From an uncultured Chloroflexia bacterium (lineage in GTDB: Bacteria > Chloroflexota > Limnocylindria > Limnocylindrales > CSP1-4), in the NCBI GenBank assembly GCA_963813305.1, contig CAWEYP010000007.1, positions 67,965 through 131,964 of the forward strand: a DNA stretch of 64,000 nucleotides, written 5' to 3'. The stretch's first letter is position 1. Each line of letters starts with the position of its first letter. Shown here piece after piece: positions 30,654 through 41,605 of the stretch. The notes under the pieces are model-generated. The model was not told the DNA's origin and did not search any database. It was given only the letters and a program-made list of their open reading frames with translations. Made by a program: the position numbers and the translations under genes.

Positions 30654-32847
30654 TCAGCCGCGCAGCCGCCAGACCTGCACGCCGTCCACGTCGTACACGG
30701 TCTCGAACAGCGGGCTCGTCGAGAAGTCCGTCTGCTCGCCGTCGGCGCAGTCGGGGATCCCGCCCGACGAGAGCACGTACGTCGCGTCGTAGCGTGACAT
30801 CACCTCGGCGGCCGCCTCCGGTCCGTCGCAATAGGCGATCCTGACGTCCGCCTCCCGGGGGGCGGGGTCGTACCCCAGGTTCGCCGCGTACGGCCCGAAC
30901 GTCGTGATCCGCAGGCGTCCCGCGTAGTCGACGGGGCTGTTGATGAAGGCGTCGGTCACGAAGACCGCGCGCTGTGGCGTGTTGTCGGCGATCCACACCG
31001 CGGCGCGCTGCTGGGCCGTGCTGAGGGTCACGGGCTCGGACACGAGGTGCCAGGTCGCGATCAGGGCCGGCGAGATGGCGGCGAACGCCACCACCAGCCC
31101 GGCCACGAGCATCGGCTGCCGTCGCAGGAGCCACCCGCCGAGGATCGCCACGGCCACCCCCATGACCTGGAAGTACTTGTTCATGTCGAACTCGACGGCG
31201 CCCGCCACGACCAGGTTGGGCACCAGGAAGAAGGCGACGGCCCAGGCCGCCAGGAAGACACGGGCCGGCGGCCGGGAGACCACGAGCGCCAGGATGCCGA
31301 GCAGGAGCGGCAGCCCCAGGTTCGTCGCGTAGAAGAACAGGACCTCCGCTGCCCCCTCGTCGAAGGGAGCCTCGCCCCAGCCCTGCACGAGCTGGATCGA
31401 TCCCCGCTCGCCCTGCAGCAGGGCCGGCCCGACGACGAACGGCAGAGCGAGCACGATCGGGGCCAGGAACAGCGCGGCATCCCGAAGCCAGCCCCGCCGG
31501 CGCCACGCTCGGCGCGCGACGGCGTACAGCAGGACCAGCAGGTAGGTGGCCGGGAAGAAGTAGAACTGGAAGGGCGCCAGCAGCGCCGCGAGCACGCCCG
31601 CCAGCAGCATCCCGGCCGGGCGCCGGCCCAGGGAGACGCGCACCAGCAGGAGCACCGAGAGGAGCCCCGGGAGCCCGAAGGTGGTGGCCCGGTGCGGGAA
31701 GAGCCCCGTGCCCAGGATCGAGGCAATCTTGAAGTACGGCCAGCCGGGTTCCCACGTGTTGTCGTACGCGTTCGCCCGGACGAGCTCCCAGACCGAGCCG
31801 GCCCCGGCGTTGAGATCCATCACGAGGCGGATCCAGCCCATCCCGCCACCGACCAGGACGAGGAGGGTGGCGATGGTGGCAGCCCGGCGGCTTCCCGTGA
31901 GGTGGCGCGCCAGCTCCCACGCGACGAGCGCGAGGGCGCCCGCCATCAGCGCGCTCGAGACGATGAAGACCGGGATGACGTGCAGGCCCGCCGTCACCGC
32001 GGCAATCGCGCCGTGGAAGTCGGCGAACCAGTGGTACGTCAACGGGACGCCGGCGAAGTAGGGGACCTGGGGCGGGAAGTTGCCGTCGGCGATGCTCTGG
32101 CCGATGGAGACGTGGACCAGGAAGTCGCTCCAGTTCCAGCCGCCCGAGACCCAGCCGACGGGGATCTCGCGCCAGGCGTTCGCGCCGAGGACGGTGCCGA
32201 CCAGCAGCATGGCGAACGCGGCGAGCACGAACGGCGCCCGCTCGCGGCGCATCGCCTCGAGGGCGCCGCGCACGTCGAGGGGCGGCGGCGGCGCGAGGAA
32301 CGGCAAGGGGGCCGCGGCGAGCAGGAGGCTGGCCCCCGCGAGGATGGCCGCCGTGGCGAGCGCGACCGGGCGGTCGAAATCCGCCGGCGGCCAGGCCGAC
32401 GACGTTCGCGAGGTGGGCGGCCGTGTACGTCGAGATCACGACCCCCACCCCGAGCCGGGCCGCGGGGCCGAAGCGCGGCACGACGCGCCCGACGAGGAGC
32501 CAGCCCGGGATGACGAACAGGAACGGCCACGCGATGGCGATCGCGAAAGGCGGCGCGAGCCAGGCGAGTGCGAACGCGATGGCCCCGACCGTAGCGACCT
32601 GGAGCGGGCGCCGGCGCACCAGGGACGGGCTGGCGGCGGGCGCGAGGAGCGACGGTTGCTCGGACGCTGCCGCGGGCGCCGTGGCGGGCACCCGCCCGGC
32701 ACCGTCGTGGCCCAATTCGACATCCCCGGGCGGGTGCTCCGGGGGCGCGGCGTCCGTCGGCAGGGCGGCCGCAGTCGCGTCGCCCGGCGGTCCGAGGTTG
32801 ACGGGCTCGCCGCCCGCGCCGGCCGATCGACCCATGGCGAGGCTCAT
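30654..32847 (-). CDS. Large polytopic GT-C-like membrane protein with a C-terminal soluble domain; frame break near 32388
   Basis: ATG at 32847 is in frame with the upstream protein. ..VISTYTAAHLANVVGLAAG joins ORF 30654..32306 (DFDRPVALATAAIL..NWSDFLVHVSIGQSIADGNFPPQVPYFAG..YHWFADFHG..). Confidence 0.55.
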
Positions 32848-35199
32848 CGACGGTCTGCCAGCCAGCCCGCCGCGTCGTCGGCCCAGGAGGACCCAGGCAC
32901 CGGCGATGGCCAGCGTGACCAGCGCAACGACGAGGCCGATCACGACGTCGAGGGGGACCAGCCGTTGGTTGATCTCGTGGCGACCTGGCGCCACGGGGAC
33001 CAGCTGCCCGCCGAGCGCACGAAGCGGATCCACGCCATCCCCGTCGATCGTCGTCTGCCAGGCGGGCCACCACGCGCGGTCGATCCACAGCCAGCCCGGC
33101 TGGGGCTCGTCCACCACGAGCGCCAGGCCCCCGTCGTCACGGCTCTCGACCGTGACCGGGCGGCCGCGGGTCAGCACCACGGATGGTGCGAGCTCGACGT
33201 CCCGGGGCCCTGGCCTGGCGGCGCCGACCAGTCGGTCGAGCAGCCCGGGCTGCGGGAGCGGCGATGGGTCCAGGTCCGGCAGGGCGTCCGCGGGCAGCCA
33301 GACCGGTGGGCGTGTCGCGGACGCCAGCCGGCAGACGGTCACGTCGCGGGGCTGCACCCGGGCGAGCACGGTGCCCGGGCACGGCTCGCCCTCGAAGGTC
33401 GCCACGACGTCGACCCCGAGGGCGGCAGCCGTGGTGGCATCCACGCCGGCGCCATCGCGGGCGGCCCACCACGCCTTCTCCGACGCGCTCAGGTTGAGGG
33501 AGCTCCACATCCCGAGATCGGCGACGCCGTGGGCGGCCGGCTGGTTGGGGATCGCATCGTGGAAGATCGGGTCGACGTCGGCGAGGAAGCGGGCGGGTGC
33601 GGCCGCGAGGACGGCCGTCATCAGGGGACGACCGCTGAAGTCGAACTCGGAGGCGGCCTTCACCGGGTTGGCCATCGGCGAGAACGCCGCCAGGGGGGCG
33701 ACGGCCAGGACCACGAGGGCGGGCGCGGCCAGCCGGCGCACCGACGGGCCCACCGGCGCCACCCGGCCGGCCGCGGCGGCGATCAGCAGCACCGCCGCGA
33801 TCCCGGCGCCGATCTCCAGGAGGACGGGCAGGGGGCGCGTCAGCGCGATGGTCGCGTTCTCGCGGATCCCGGGCGCCGTCGCTTCGGTCGCACCGAGCGC
33901 GACGATCGCCACGCGCTCGAAGAGGGTCGGCGCGAACAGCACGATCGCCGTCAGTGCCACGTAGGCGGCGACGAGCGAGCCGACGACCACGCCGGCGGGC
34001 AGCCACGGTCGCCGCACGCGCGTGATCCGGGCCAGGCCGACCGCCGCCAGCGGGCCGGCGAGCAGGGCCGCGAGCATGTAGGCGCGGACCGGGTGGCGAA
34101 GGCCGTTGAGCAGCGGCGTCGAGGCCCACCACTCCGGCTGGAACGCGCCGACCACCGCGAGCCCCACCATGACCACGATCGCCGCGACGAGCGGCCGCGA
34201 TCGTCGGGCGCCCGCCCCGACGGCCGCCAGGGCGACGACGGGCAGGCCGACATAGGCATAGGCCTCGTGGATGCCGTAGACCCCGCCGGGGTACCAGATC
34301 CGCCCGAGATCCCAGCCGTCCGGGCTGCCGGGGACGAAGGCGTTCGCGAACCCGGCCAGGAGCGGGTCGAAGACCGTCGCCGCGTTGGAGAAGAGGTCGG
34401 CCACGCCCAGGCCTTCCGAGCGCACCGAGAGCCCGAGCACCGCCATCGTCGGGACGAGCTGGATGGCGCCCACGCCTGCGCCCACCAGGCCGAAGCCGAT
34501 GATCCGGCCCACCGCGGCACGGCCCGGGCTGGAAGCGAAAATCGTCGCGGCGCAGATCCCGGTGAGGATCCACGTGTTCGGGTGGCCCGCCAGCGCCTGG
34601 ACGCCCCACGCGACACCGGCGGCAACCAGGCCGGCCCGGGTCGGCCTCGGGCGCCGAAGCAGCGGCAGGATCACCCACGGAGCCCAGGCATACGCCGTGA
34701 GCACCGAGGTCCACTCCAGCTTCGCCACGATCCCGCCGCCGAGGACGGCGACGCACGTCGCCAGGGCGGCGCCGGACCAGCTGCCCGCGAGGCGAAGCCC
34801 GATGAGCCCGGCGCCGAGCCCGGCGATCACGAGGTGCACGATCCGCGTCACGTCGAGGGCGACGAGCGGCTCGAGCTGGAAGATCAGCCAGTTCGGCAGG
34901 TAGAAGGCAGCGATCTGCCCCTCGGCGTAGATCGGGTAGCCGAGCCCGAGGCTGTCGAACCACAGGGGCAGGCCGCCGGCTCGGGCCGCCTCGTGCCAGA
35001 GCACCGCGTTCGGCCAGAACACCTTGGGCATGTCGTAGTACCAGAGCCACGGACCGCTTGGGCCGTTCACCCGAGCCGCGAGGAGCGCGGTCACGGCGGC
35101 GAGGAGCCCCAGGGCGACGATCCCGGCCGGCAGCGAGGGACGGCTGCGACCTCCGGTGGCAGCCGTGCGCGCCGCGACGAGGGCTTCTGTGGTGGTCAC
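32848..35199 (-). CDS. YfhO-like polytopic membrane protein (GT-C type); no stop codon before the next protein
   Basis: GTG at 35199. There are about 780 uninterrupted codons with many TM helices (WLWYYDMPKVFWPNAVLWHEAARAGGLPLWFDSLGLGYPIYAEGQ), a periplasmic-looking domain and a terminal TM helix VVIGLVVALVTLAIAGAWVLL. Confidence 0.6.
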
Positions 35200-35219
35200 G
35201 ACCGGGCGATCATAGGGGC

Positions 35220-36530
35220 ATGCGCGACGCGCCCACGATCCTCCACGTCGACCTCGACGCCTTCTTCGCGGCCGTCGAGCAGCGCGACCGGCCGGAGCTG
35301 CGTGGCCGCCCGGTGATCGTGGGCGGCGATCCCGGCGCGCGCGGCGTCGTCTCGGCCGCCAGCTACGAGGCGCGGGCGTTTGGCGTTCGCTCCGCGATGC
35401 CGCTGCGGACGGCGGCGGCGCTCTGCCCCGGCGGGACCTTCCTCCCCGTCGACGGCGCGAAATACCGCCGCGCCAGCCGGCAGGTGATGGAGATCCTGGG
35501 GCGCTTCACCCCGCTGCTCGAGCAGGTGTCGATCGACGAGGCGTTCCTCGACGTCGCCGGGAGCCAGGCACTGTTCGGGCCCCCCGGGGAGATCGCGCGC
35601 CGGGTCAGGGCCGCCATTCGCGACGAGGTCGGCCTGACCGCCAGCGTCGGCGTGGCGACCACGAAGCTCGTCGCCAAGGTCGCCTCCGACCTTCGCAAGC
35701 CCGACGGGCTGGTCGTCGTGCCCCCGGGTGAGGAGGCGGCCTTCCTCGCGCCGCTCCCGATCGGGCGCCTGTGGGGAGTCGGGGCGCAGACCCAGGCCAT
35801 CCTCGCGGAGCAGGGCGTCCGGACGATCGGGCAGCTGGCGGCCCTGCCGATCGACGTCCTCGTCCGCCGCCTCGGGGCCCACGGGGCCACGCTCCACGAC
35901 CGGGCACGCGGGATCGACCCGTCGCCGGTGGTGGGAGAAGTGGCCGCGAAGTCGGTCAGCCACGAGACGACGTTCGACGTCGACACGGCCGACGCCGAGG
36001 TCATCGAACGCACGCTGCTTGCGCTCTCCGAGGGCGTCGCGTCACGCCTGCGCGCCGGGCACGTGCGTGCCTCGACGATCGCCGTCAAGGTCCGCGACAG
36101 CAGCTTCCACACGGTCACTCGCCAGCGGACCCTTCCCGAGCCGACGGACCTCGCCGACCCGATCTTCCGCACCGCCCTCGACCTCGTGCGGCCGGAGGTC
36201 CGGGGCCGCCGCATCCGGCTGCTGGGGGTCGGTGCGCACGGGCTGGGCGAGCCGGCCCAGATGGGCCTCTTCGCCACCGAGGACCCGCGCCGCCGGAAGG
36301 CAGTGGAGGCGCAGGACGAGATCCGCCGGAAGTACGGCAGCCGGGCGCTCACGCGCGCTCGCCTCCTCGGCGACCCGCTGGCCGATCCCGGCGGCCGGGA
36401 CCCGATGCAGCCGCTCCAGGCGCGTCGCGTTGGTCGCGCACGACCGGACACCGACGCCTCGCCCGAGCGCGGTCCGGGCTCCGACGACCGTCCCCCGGAG
36501 GCGCCGGACGCTGACCCCGAGGACGCCTGA
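35220..36530 (+). CDS. dinB: DNA polymerase IV (Y-family)
   Basis: Intact 436 codons. ILHVDLDAFFAAVEQRD, VSIDEAFLDV, GVATTKLVAKVASD, LWGVGAQT. Confidence 0.95.
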   Translation: MRDAPTILHVDLDAFFAAVEQRDRPELRGRPVIVGGDPGARGVVSAASYEARAFGVRSAMPLRTAAALCPGGTFLPVDGAKYRRASRQVMEILGRFTPLLEQVSIDEAFLDVAGSQALFGPPGEIARRVRAAIRDEVGLTASVGVATTKLVAKVASDLRKPDGLVVVPPGEEAAFLAPLPIGRLWGVGAQTQAILAEQGVRTIGQLAALPIDVLVRRLGAHGATLHDRARGIDPSPVVGEVAAKSVSHETTFDVDTADAEVIERTLLALSEGVASRLRAGHVRASTIAVKVRDSSFHTVTRQRTLPEPTDLADPIFRTALDLVRPEVRGRRIRLLGVGAHGLGEPAQMGLFATEDPRRRKAVEAQDEIRRKYGSRALTRARLLGDPLADPGGRDPMQPLQARRVGRARPDTDASPERGPGSDDRPPEAPDADPEDA

Positions 36531-36605
36531 GCGGCGATCGAACGCCCGTGCCAAACAAGGTGGCACGCAGCGCGGCGATGCTCGCGCCAGTTCCAGGCCA
36601 TGGGC

Positions 36606-36660
36606 TTGACATCGAACGGGTGTTCGATCTACAGTCCGGGTGAACTCGAACAAGTGTTCT
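36606..36660 (+). promoter_or_regulatory. Promoter TTGACA-N18-TACAGT with two LexA boxes
   Basis: Box 1 CGAACGGGTGTTCG (36613-36626) lies inside the spacer and is identical to the lexA box. Box 2 CGAACAAGTGTTCT (36647-36660) lies just downstream of the -10. Confidence 0.75.
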
Positions 36661-36711
36661 GTCTCCCGAATGCCCCGGGTGACGCCAGGCTGCCGAGAAG
36701 GAGCAACGTCG

Positions 36712-36984
36712 ATGGCGATGACCCGCGTCGAGCCGGTCGAGGTCCGGGTTCGGACCGACTGGCTGTCCGGGCGCCCCCGGGAGATCCGCTGGGGCGACCG
36801 GACGATCCCTGTGACCGCGATCGCGGAGGTGCGCCGCGAGCGCTCCGCGTACCCGATCGCGGTCGGCCCGCGCACCACCTTCGAGGTCGACACACCCGAC
36901 CTGCGCATGACGCTCACCTTCCGCCACCGCGGGCGGCGCTGGCTTGTCGAAGGCCTCGACCCGGACGTCGCCCGGGCGGCCTGA
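36712..36984 (+). CDS. LexA-box-controlled 90-aa protein, family not recognised
   Basis: ATG at 36712 with GAGAAGGAG 7 nt upstream. MAMTRVEPVEVRVRTDWLSGRPREIRWGDRTIPVTAIAEVRRERSAYP..LTFRHRGRRWLVEGLD. It has ordinary, non-low-complexity composition. Confidence 0.65.
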   Translation: MAMTRVEPVEVRVRTDWLSGRPREIRWGDRTIPVTAIAEVRRERSAYPIAVGPRTTFEVDTPDLRMTLTFRHRGRRWLVEGLDPDVARAA

Positions 36985-37291
36985 GCCGGCACCCGCCGCC
37001 GCTCGAATCGTCGCGCCGGACCTCCACCCGGCGCTCCCGGCCCGCCGTCCTCCCGGTGGGCCGCTCTCCTCGGGCCCGGGGTGGGCGCGACCGGTACCGC
37101 GTTCGCCCCGGGCCCGGCCATGCGCGCCGTGCGGCGTCGCCGGCCGGGCGGCGTTCGGCCGACCGAGTCGGCCGCGATGCACGAGATCGGCCGCTCCCGG
37201 GCCGGCCGGCACCGCCGGCCGGGTCCGGCGGCCCGGGCTCCCGGGCGGGTCGGCCCTTCCCGGCTGTGACCCGCCTCCTACAATCGGTCGC

Positions 37292-37960
37292 ATGTCCGAG
37301 ACCGCCACGCCTCGCTTCGGGTCCATGACCCTCGATGGGTTCATCGAGCTGCTCGGCTCGGCAACCCCCAGCCCGGGGGGTGGTGCCGCGTCGGCAGTCG
37401 CCGCCTCGTGCGGCGCGGCGCTCGTCGCGATGGTCGCGTCGCTCTCGCTGGATCGCCCGAAGTACGCCGCGTACGCCGCCAGCCACGCCCGCCACGGGGC
37501 CGCGGGGCGCGAGCTGGCCGCGCGCCTCCTGGTCCTCGCCGACGAGGATGCCGATGCCTACGCCGCCTTCGCCGCGGCCCTCAAGCTGCCTCGCGAGACG
37601 GACGACGAGAAGGCCGCCCGAAGCGCGGCCATCCGCGCCTCGGCGCGCGTGGCCGCCGACGTGCCGCTCCGCACGGTGGAGGCCTGTCTCGAGGTCGTGC
37701 TGGCTTCCGAGGCGCTGGCGGGCCGCAGCAACCTCAACGCCGCCAGCGACCTTGCCGTCGCGTCGCGGCTGGTCGAGGCGTCGGCCCACGGTGCCGCGGA
37801 GAACGTCCTGGTCAACCTGCCGTCGCTCGGCGACGAGGTTGCCGCCGACCTCCTGCGCGGCCGCGTCGACGAGCTGCTGGCCAGGATCGAGGACCTGGCC
37901 GAGGCGACCCGGGCCCTCGTGGAGCTGGGCGAGCTGCGCGAGGCGGAGGAGGCCTCGTGA
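37292..37960 (+). CDS. Formiminotetrahydrofolate cyclodeaminase / methenyl-THF cyclohydrolase family protein (FtcD C-domain type)
   Basis: FIELLGSATPSPGGGAASAVAASCGAALVAMVASLS..DADAYAAFAAALKLPRETDDEKAAR..NLNAASDLAVA. Confidence 0.8.
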   Translation: MSETATPRFGSMTLDGFIELLGSATPSPGGGAASAVAASCGAALVAMVASLSLDRPKYAAYAASHARHGAAGRELAARLLVLADEDADAYAAFAAALKLPRETDDEKAARSAAIRASARVAADVPLRTVEACLEVVLASEALAGRSNLNAASDLAVASRLVEASAHGAAENVLVNLPSLGDEVAADLLRGRVDELLARIEDLAEATRALVELGELREAEEAS

Positions 37961-38904
37961 CGCTCCTCGACGACATGGGTCCCCGTCTGCTCAAGGGCGG
38001 GCCGGTCGCGGCGGACGTGCGGACCGCGGTCGCCGCCGACGTCGCCGCGTTCAAGGAGGAGCACGGGTACACGCCGGAGCTCGCGGTCGTGATCGTCGGC
38101 CGCGACGCTCCCTCGACCGTCTACCTCCACAAGATCCTCGACGGCTGCCGCCTGGTCGGCATCCAGGACCGGCTGGTGGAGCTCGGCGACGACTGCACCG
38201 CCGAGGCGCTGGGGCGCGAGATCGCGGCCCTCGGCGACGAACGGACGGTCGCCGGGATCATCGTCCAGCAGCCGCTGCCGGCCGCGATCCCGCTGCGGGT
38301 CGTCATCGACACGCTCGATCCGGCCAAGGACATCGACGGGATCCACCCGCTCAACGCCGGCCTCCTCGCCCTTGGCTACGACGGCTTCCTGCCGGCGACC
38401 GCGCACGCGGCCGTCGAGCTCCTCAAGCGCTCCGGCGTCCCGCTCGCGGGGTCCCGGGCGGTCGTCGTCGGCCGCTCCAACGTCGTCGGCAAGCCGGCCG
38501 CGTTCCTGCTCCTGCGCGAGCACGCCACCGTGACGATCTGCCATTCGAAGACGCCCGACCTCTCGACGCACCTGCGCGAGGCGGACGTCGTCGTGGTCGC
38601 CGCCGGGCGAGCCGGCCTCGTCACGGGCGAGATGCTCAAGCCCGGCTGCGTCGTCGTCGACGTCGGCATCAACGTCGTCGAGGGCCGCCTCGTCGGCGAC
38701 GTCGACTTCGAGTCGGCCGCCCGGGTGGCCTCGGCGATCACGCCCGTGCCCGGCGGCGTCGGGCCCCTGACGAACGCGATCCTGCTCACCCACCTGGTGC
38801 GGGCGGCCCGCAACCAGGCGGAGGGCCGGACCGCTCCGGGCACGTCCTCGCTCCGCCCCGCCACCCCCGCGCTGTCAACCCCTACGCCTCAGCCCGCCGG
38901 CTGA
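37957..38904 (+). CDS. folD: Bifunctional methylene-THF dehydrogenase / methenyl-THF cyclohydrolase
   Basis: GTG at 37957 overlaps the upstream TGA (ATG 37975 is an alternative start). LAVVIVGRDAPSTVYLHKI, GIIVQQPLP, DIDGIHPLNAG, VVVGRSNVVGKP, TPVPGGVGPLT. Confidence 0.95.
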   Translation: MTLLDDMGPRLLKGGPVAADVRTAVAADVAAFKEEHGYTPELAVVIVGRDAPSTVYLHKILDGCRLVGIQDRLVELGDDCTAEALGREIAALGDERTVAGIIVQQPLPAAIPLRVVIDTLDPAKDIDGIHPLNAGLLALGYDGFLPATAHAAVELLKRSGVPLAGSRAVVVGRSNVVGKPAAFLLLREHATVTICHSKTPDLSTHLREADVVVVAAGRAGLVTGEMLKPGCVVVDVGINVVEGRLVGDVDFESAARVASAITPVPGGVGPLTNAILLTHLVRAARNQAEGRTAPGTSSLRPATPALSTPTPQPAG

Positions 38905-38928
38905 CGAAGAGCGCCCCGGAGGCCTCCC

Positions 38929-40635
38929 ATGTCGTTCCCGTCCGACCTCGACATCGCGCGCTCGGTCACTCCACGCCCCATCGGCGACATCGCCGCCGAG
39001 CTCGGCCTCCGGCAGGACGAGATCGAGTACTACGGTCCGACGAAGGCCAAGGTGACCCTCGCGGGCGTCGAGCGGGTGGAGCGTGAGCGGCCGCGCGGCA
39101 AGTACGTGGTCGTGACGGCGATCACCCCGACGCCGCTCGGCGAGGGCAAGACGACGACCACCGTCGGCCTGGCCCAGGGCCTCAACCGGATCGGGAAGAA
39201 GGCGTCGGTGGCGATCCGCCAGCCGTCGCTCGGCCCGGTCTTCGGGATCAAGGGCGGCGCGGCCGGCGGCGGCTACTCCCAGATCATCCCGATGGAGGAC
39301 TTCAACCTCCACCTGACGGGCGACATCCACGCCATCAGCGCGGCCCACAACCTCGCCTCGGCCTTCCTCGACAACCACCTCCACCACGGGAACGCCCTCG
39401 GGATCGACCCGTTCTCCATCCGCTGGCCGCGCGTCGTCGACATCAGCGACCGGGCCATCCGCAAGGCGGTCATCGGCCTCGGCGGCAAGGAGAACGGCGT
39501 CCCCCGCGAGTCCGAGTGGGTCATCACCGTCGCCTCGGAGGTGATGGCGATCCTCGCCCTCTCCAAGGGACCTGTTCGACCTGCGGGCGCGCCTGGGGCG
39601 GATCGTCGTGGCCACCAGCCGCGACGGGAAGGCCATCACGACCGAGGATCTCCGCGTCGCCGGCGCGATGACGGTCCTCCTGCGCGACGCGATCAAGCCG
39701 AACCTGCTCCAGACGCTCGAGGGTGGCCCGGCGTACGTGCACTGCGGTCCGTTCGCGAACATCGCCCACGGCAACAGCTCGATCATCGCCGACCGCGTCG
39801 CCCTGTCGACCTCCGACATCGTGGTGACGGAGGCCGGCTTCGGCGCCGACATGGGCGCCGAGAAGTTCTTCGACATCAAGTGCCGGGCGTCGGGGCTGCG
39901 GCCGGACGCCGCGGTCGTCGTGGCCACCGTGCGCGCCCTCAAGATGCACGGCGGGGTCGGCCGGATCGTGGCCGGCAAGCCGCTGGACCCGGCCCTCACG
40001 ACCGAGAACGTCGAGGCGGTCCGGAACGGTGGCGCGAACCTGGCGGCGCAGGTCGAGCTCGTCCGCTCGTACGGCGTCCCGGTGATCGTGGCGATGAACG
40101 CCTTCCCGACCGACACGCCGGCCGAGTTCGAGGCGATCCGCGAGGTCGCCCTCGCGGCGGGTGCCCGCGACGCCGTCGTGACCACCAACTTCGCCGAGGG
40201 CGGCAAGGGCGCCGAGGGGCTCGCAGCGGCGGTCTGGGACGCGGCAGAGCAGGACGGCGGTGCGTTCCGCCTCCTCTACCCGGACGAGATGCCCCTCCGC
40301 GAGAAGATCGAGACGATCGCGACGAAGGTCTACGGCGCGGCCGGGGTCGACTTCGCGCCGGCGGCGACGAAGGCGCTCGCCGAGTACGAGGCTTCGGCTA
40401 CGGGCACCTGCCGATCTGCGTGGCCAAGACCCACCTGTCGCTGTCGCACGACCCGAACCTCAAGGGCCGGCCGACCGGCTTCCGCTTCCCGGTCCGCGAC
40501 GTCCGCCTGGCCGCCGGTGCCGGGTTCATCTACCCGCTCGCGGGCGACATGCGGACGATGCCGGGGCTGCCCAGCCACCCGGCCGGCGAGAAGATCGACA
40601 TCGACGCGGACGGGAACGTCGTCGGGCTCTTCTGA
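38929..40635 (+). CDS. fhs: Formate-tetrahydrofolate ligase; two frame breaks (near 39566 insertion type, near 40390 deletion type)
   Basis: [40 protein letters not shown] | [48 protein letters not shown] | [20 protein letters not shown]. Confidence 0.95.
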   Translation: MSFPSDLDIARSVTPRPIGDIAAELGLRQDEIEYYGPTKAKVTLAGVERVERERPRGKYVVVTAITPTPLGEGKTTTTVGLAQGLNRIGKKASVAIRQPSLGPVFGIKGGAAGGGYSQIIPMEDFNLHLTGDIHAISAAHNLASAFLDNHLHHGNALGIDPFSIRWPRVVDISDRAIRKAVIGLGGKENGVPRESEWVITVASEVMAILALSKGPVRPAGAPGADRRGHQPRREGHHDRGSPRRRRDDGPPARRDQAEPAPDARGWPGVRALRSVREHRPRQQLDHRRPRRPVDLRHRGDGGRLRRRHGRREVLRHQVPGVGAAAGRRGRRGHRARPQDARRGRPDRGRQAAGPGPHDRERRGGPERWREPGGAGRARPLVRRPGDRGDERLPDRHAGRVRGDPRGRPRGGCPRRRRDHQLRRGRQGRRGARSGGLGRGRAGRRCVPPPLPGRDAPPREDRDDRDEGLRRGRGRLRAGGDEGARRVRGFGYGHLPICVAKTHLSLSHDPNLKGRPTGFRFPVRDVRLAAGAGFIYPLAGDMRTMPGLPSHPAGEKIDIDADGNVVGLF

Positions 40636-40639
40636 TCCG

Positions 40640-41605
40640 ATGACGACCCCTCACTCCGCGACGGGCGTCGCCGGCCTGCCGCCTGCCTCCGCCGGTGGTC
40701 CGGCGCCGATCCCGGCGGGCGACCAGCACGCGCCGGTCCCGCACCACGGCCCGACGGCCACCGAGGCCCGCCTCGACGCGCTGATGCCCGGGGAGATGGC
40801 AGCGAAGGCCGCCGAGGTCGGCGTGCGCAAGGCCGCCATGGGCTTCGTCCCGGTCTTCGTGCTCGGCATCCTGGCCGGCGCGTTCATCGCCCTCGGGGCC
40901 GCCTTCGCCACGACCGTGTCGGCCGGGGCCGCGGGCGTGGTGCCCTACGGGATCATCCGCCTCCTCGCCGGTCTTGCCTTCTCGCTGGGCCTGATCCTGG
41001 TCATCGTCGGCGGCGCCGAGCTCTTCACCGGCAACAACCTGCTCGCCATGGCCTGGGCCTCACGCCGGATCAGCACGGGCTCGGTCATCCGCAACTGGGT
41101 CATCGTCTACGCCGGCAACTTCGTCGGGGCGATCGGGACCGCCGTGCTCATCGTGCTGGCCGGGCAGTACGCTTTCGGGGGCGCGTCCGTTGGGGCGGTG
41201 GCGCTCTCCACGGCCGCCACGAAGGTCGGCTACGGGCCCCTGCAGGCGTTCGTCCTGGGGATCCTCTGCAACGGCCTCGTCTGCCTGGCGGTCTGGCTGA
41301 CCTACTCGGCGCGGACGACCACGGACCGGATCCTGGCCATCGTGCCGCCCATCGCGGCGTTCGTGGCGATGGGCTTCGAGCACTCCGTGGCGAACATGTA
41401 CTTCATCCCGGCCGGGATGCTGATCCGGGCGTTCGCGCCGGACTCGTTCTGGACCTCGATCGACAAGGTGCCGGCCGACTACGCGAGCCTCGACGTCGCC
41501 GGCCTGGTCGGGAACCTGGTCCCGGTCACGCTGGGGAACATCGTCGGCGGGACCATCCTGGTCGGCGCCGTCTACTGGCTGGTCTACCTGCGCGGCAGGC
41601 ACTGA
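40640..41605 (+). CDS. Formate/nitrite transporter (FNT) family channel
   Basis: Intact. GAELFTGNNL, GILCNGLVCLAVW, GFEHSVANMYF. It starts 5 nt after the fhs stop. The substrate (formate or nitrite) is not decidable from sequence alone. Confidence 0.9.
   Translation: MTTPHSATGVAGLPPASAGGPAPIPAGDQHAPVPHHGPTATEARLDALMPGEMAAKAAEVGVRKAAMGFVPVFVLGILAGAFIALGAAFATTVSAGAAGVVPYGIIRLLAGLAFSLGLILVIVGGAELFTGNNLLAMAWASRRISTGSVIRNWVIVYAGNFVGAIGTAVLIVLAGQYAFGGASVGAVALSTAATKVGYGPLQAFVLGILCNGLVCLAVWLTYSARTTTDRILAIVPPIAAFVAMGFEHSVANMYFIPAGMLIRAFAPDSFWTSIDKVPADYASLDVAGLVGNLVPVTLGNIVGGTILVGAVYWLVYLRGRH

Noticed and set aside
36985-37291. A 300-nt GC-rich gap upstream of the cyclodeaminase-folD-fhs operon. I examined it for a ZTP (pfl) or THF riboswitch.
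   Set aside because: I could not find the conserved cores as I remember them (for example a CCGCCUGGGC-type 3' element). The region is dominated by CCGG/CCCGGG words. It needs a covariance-model scan before any claim.
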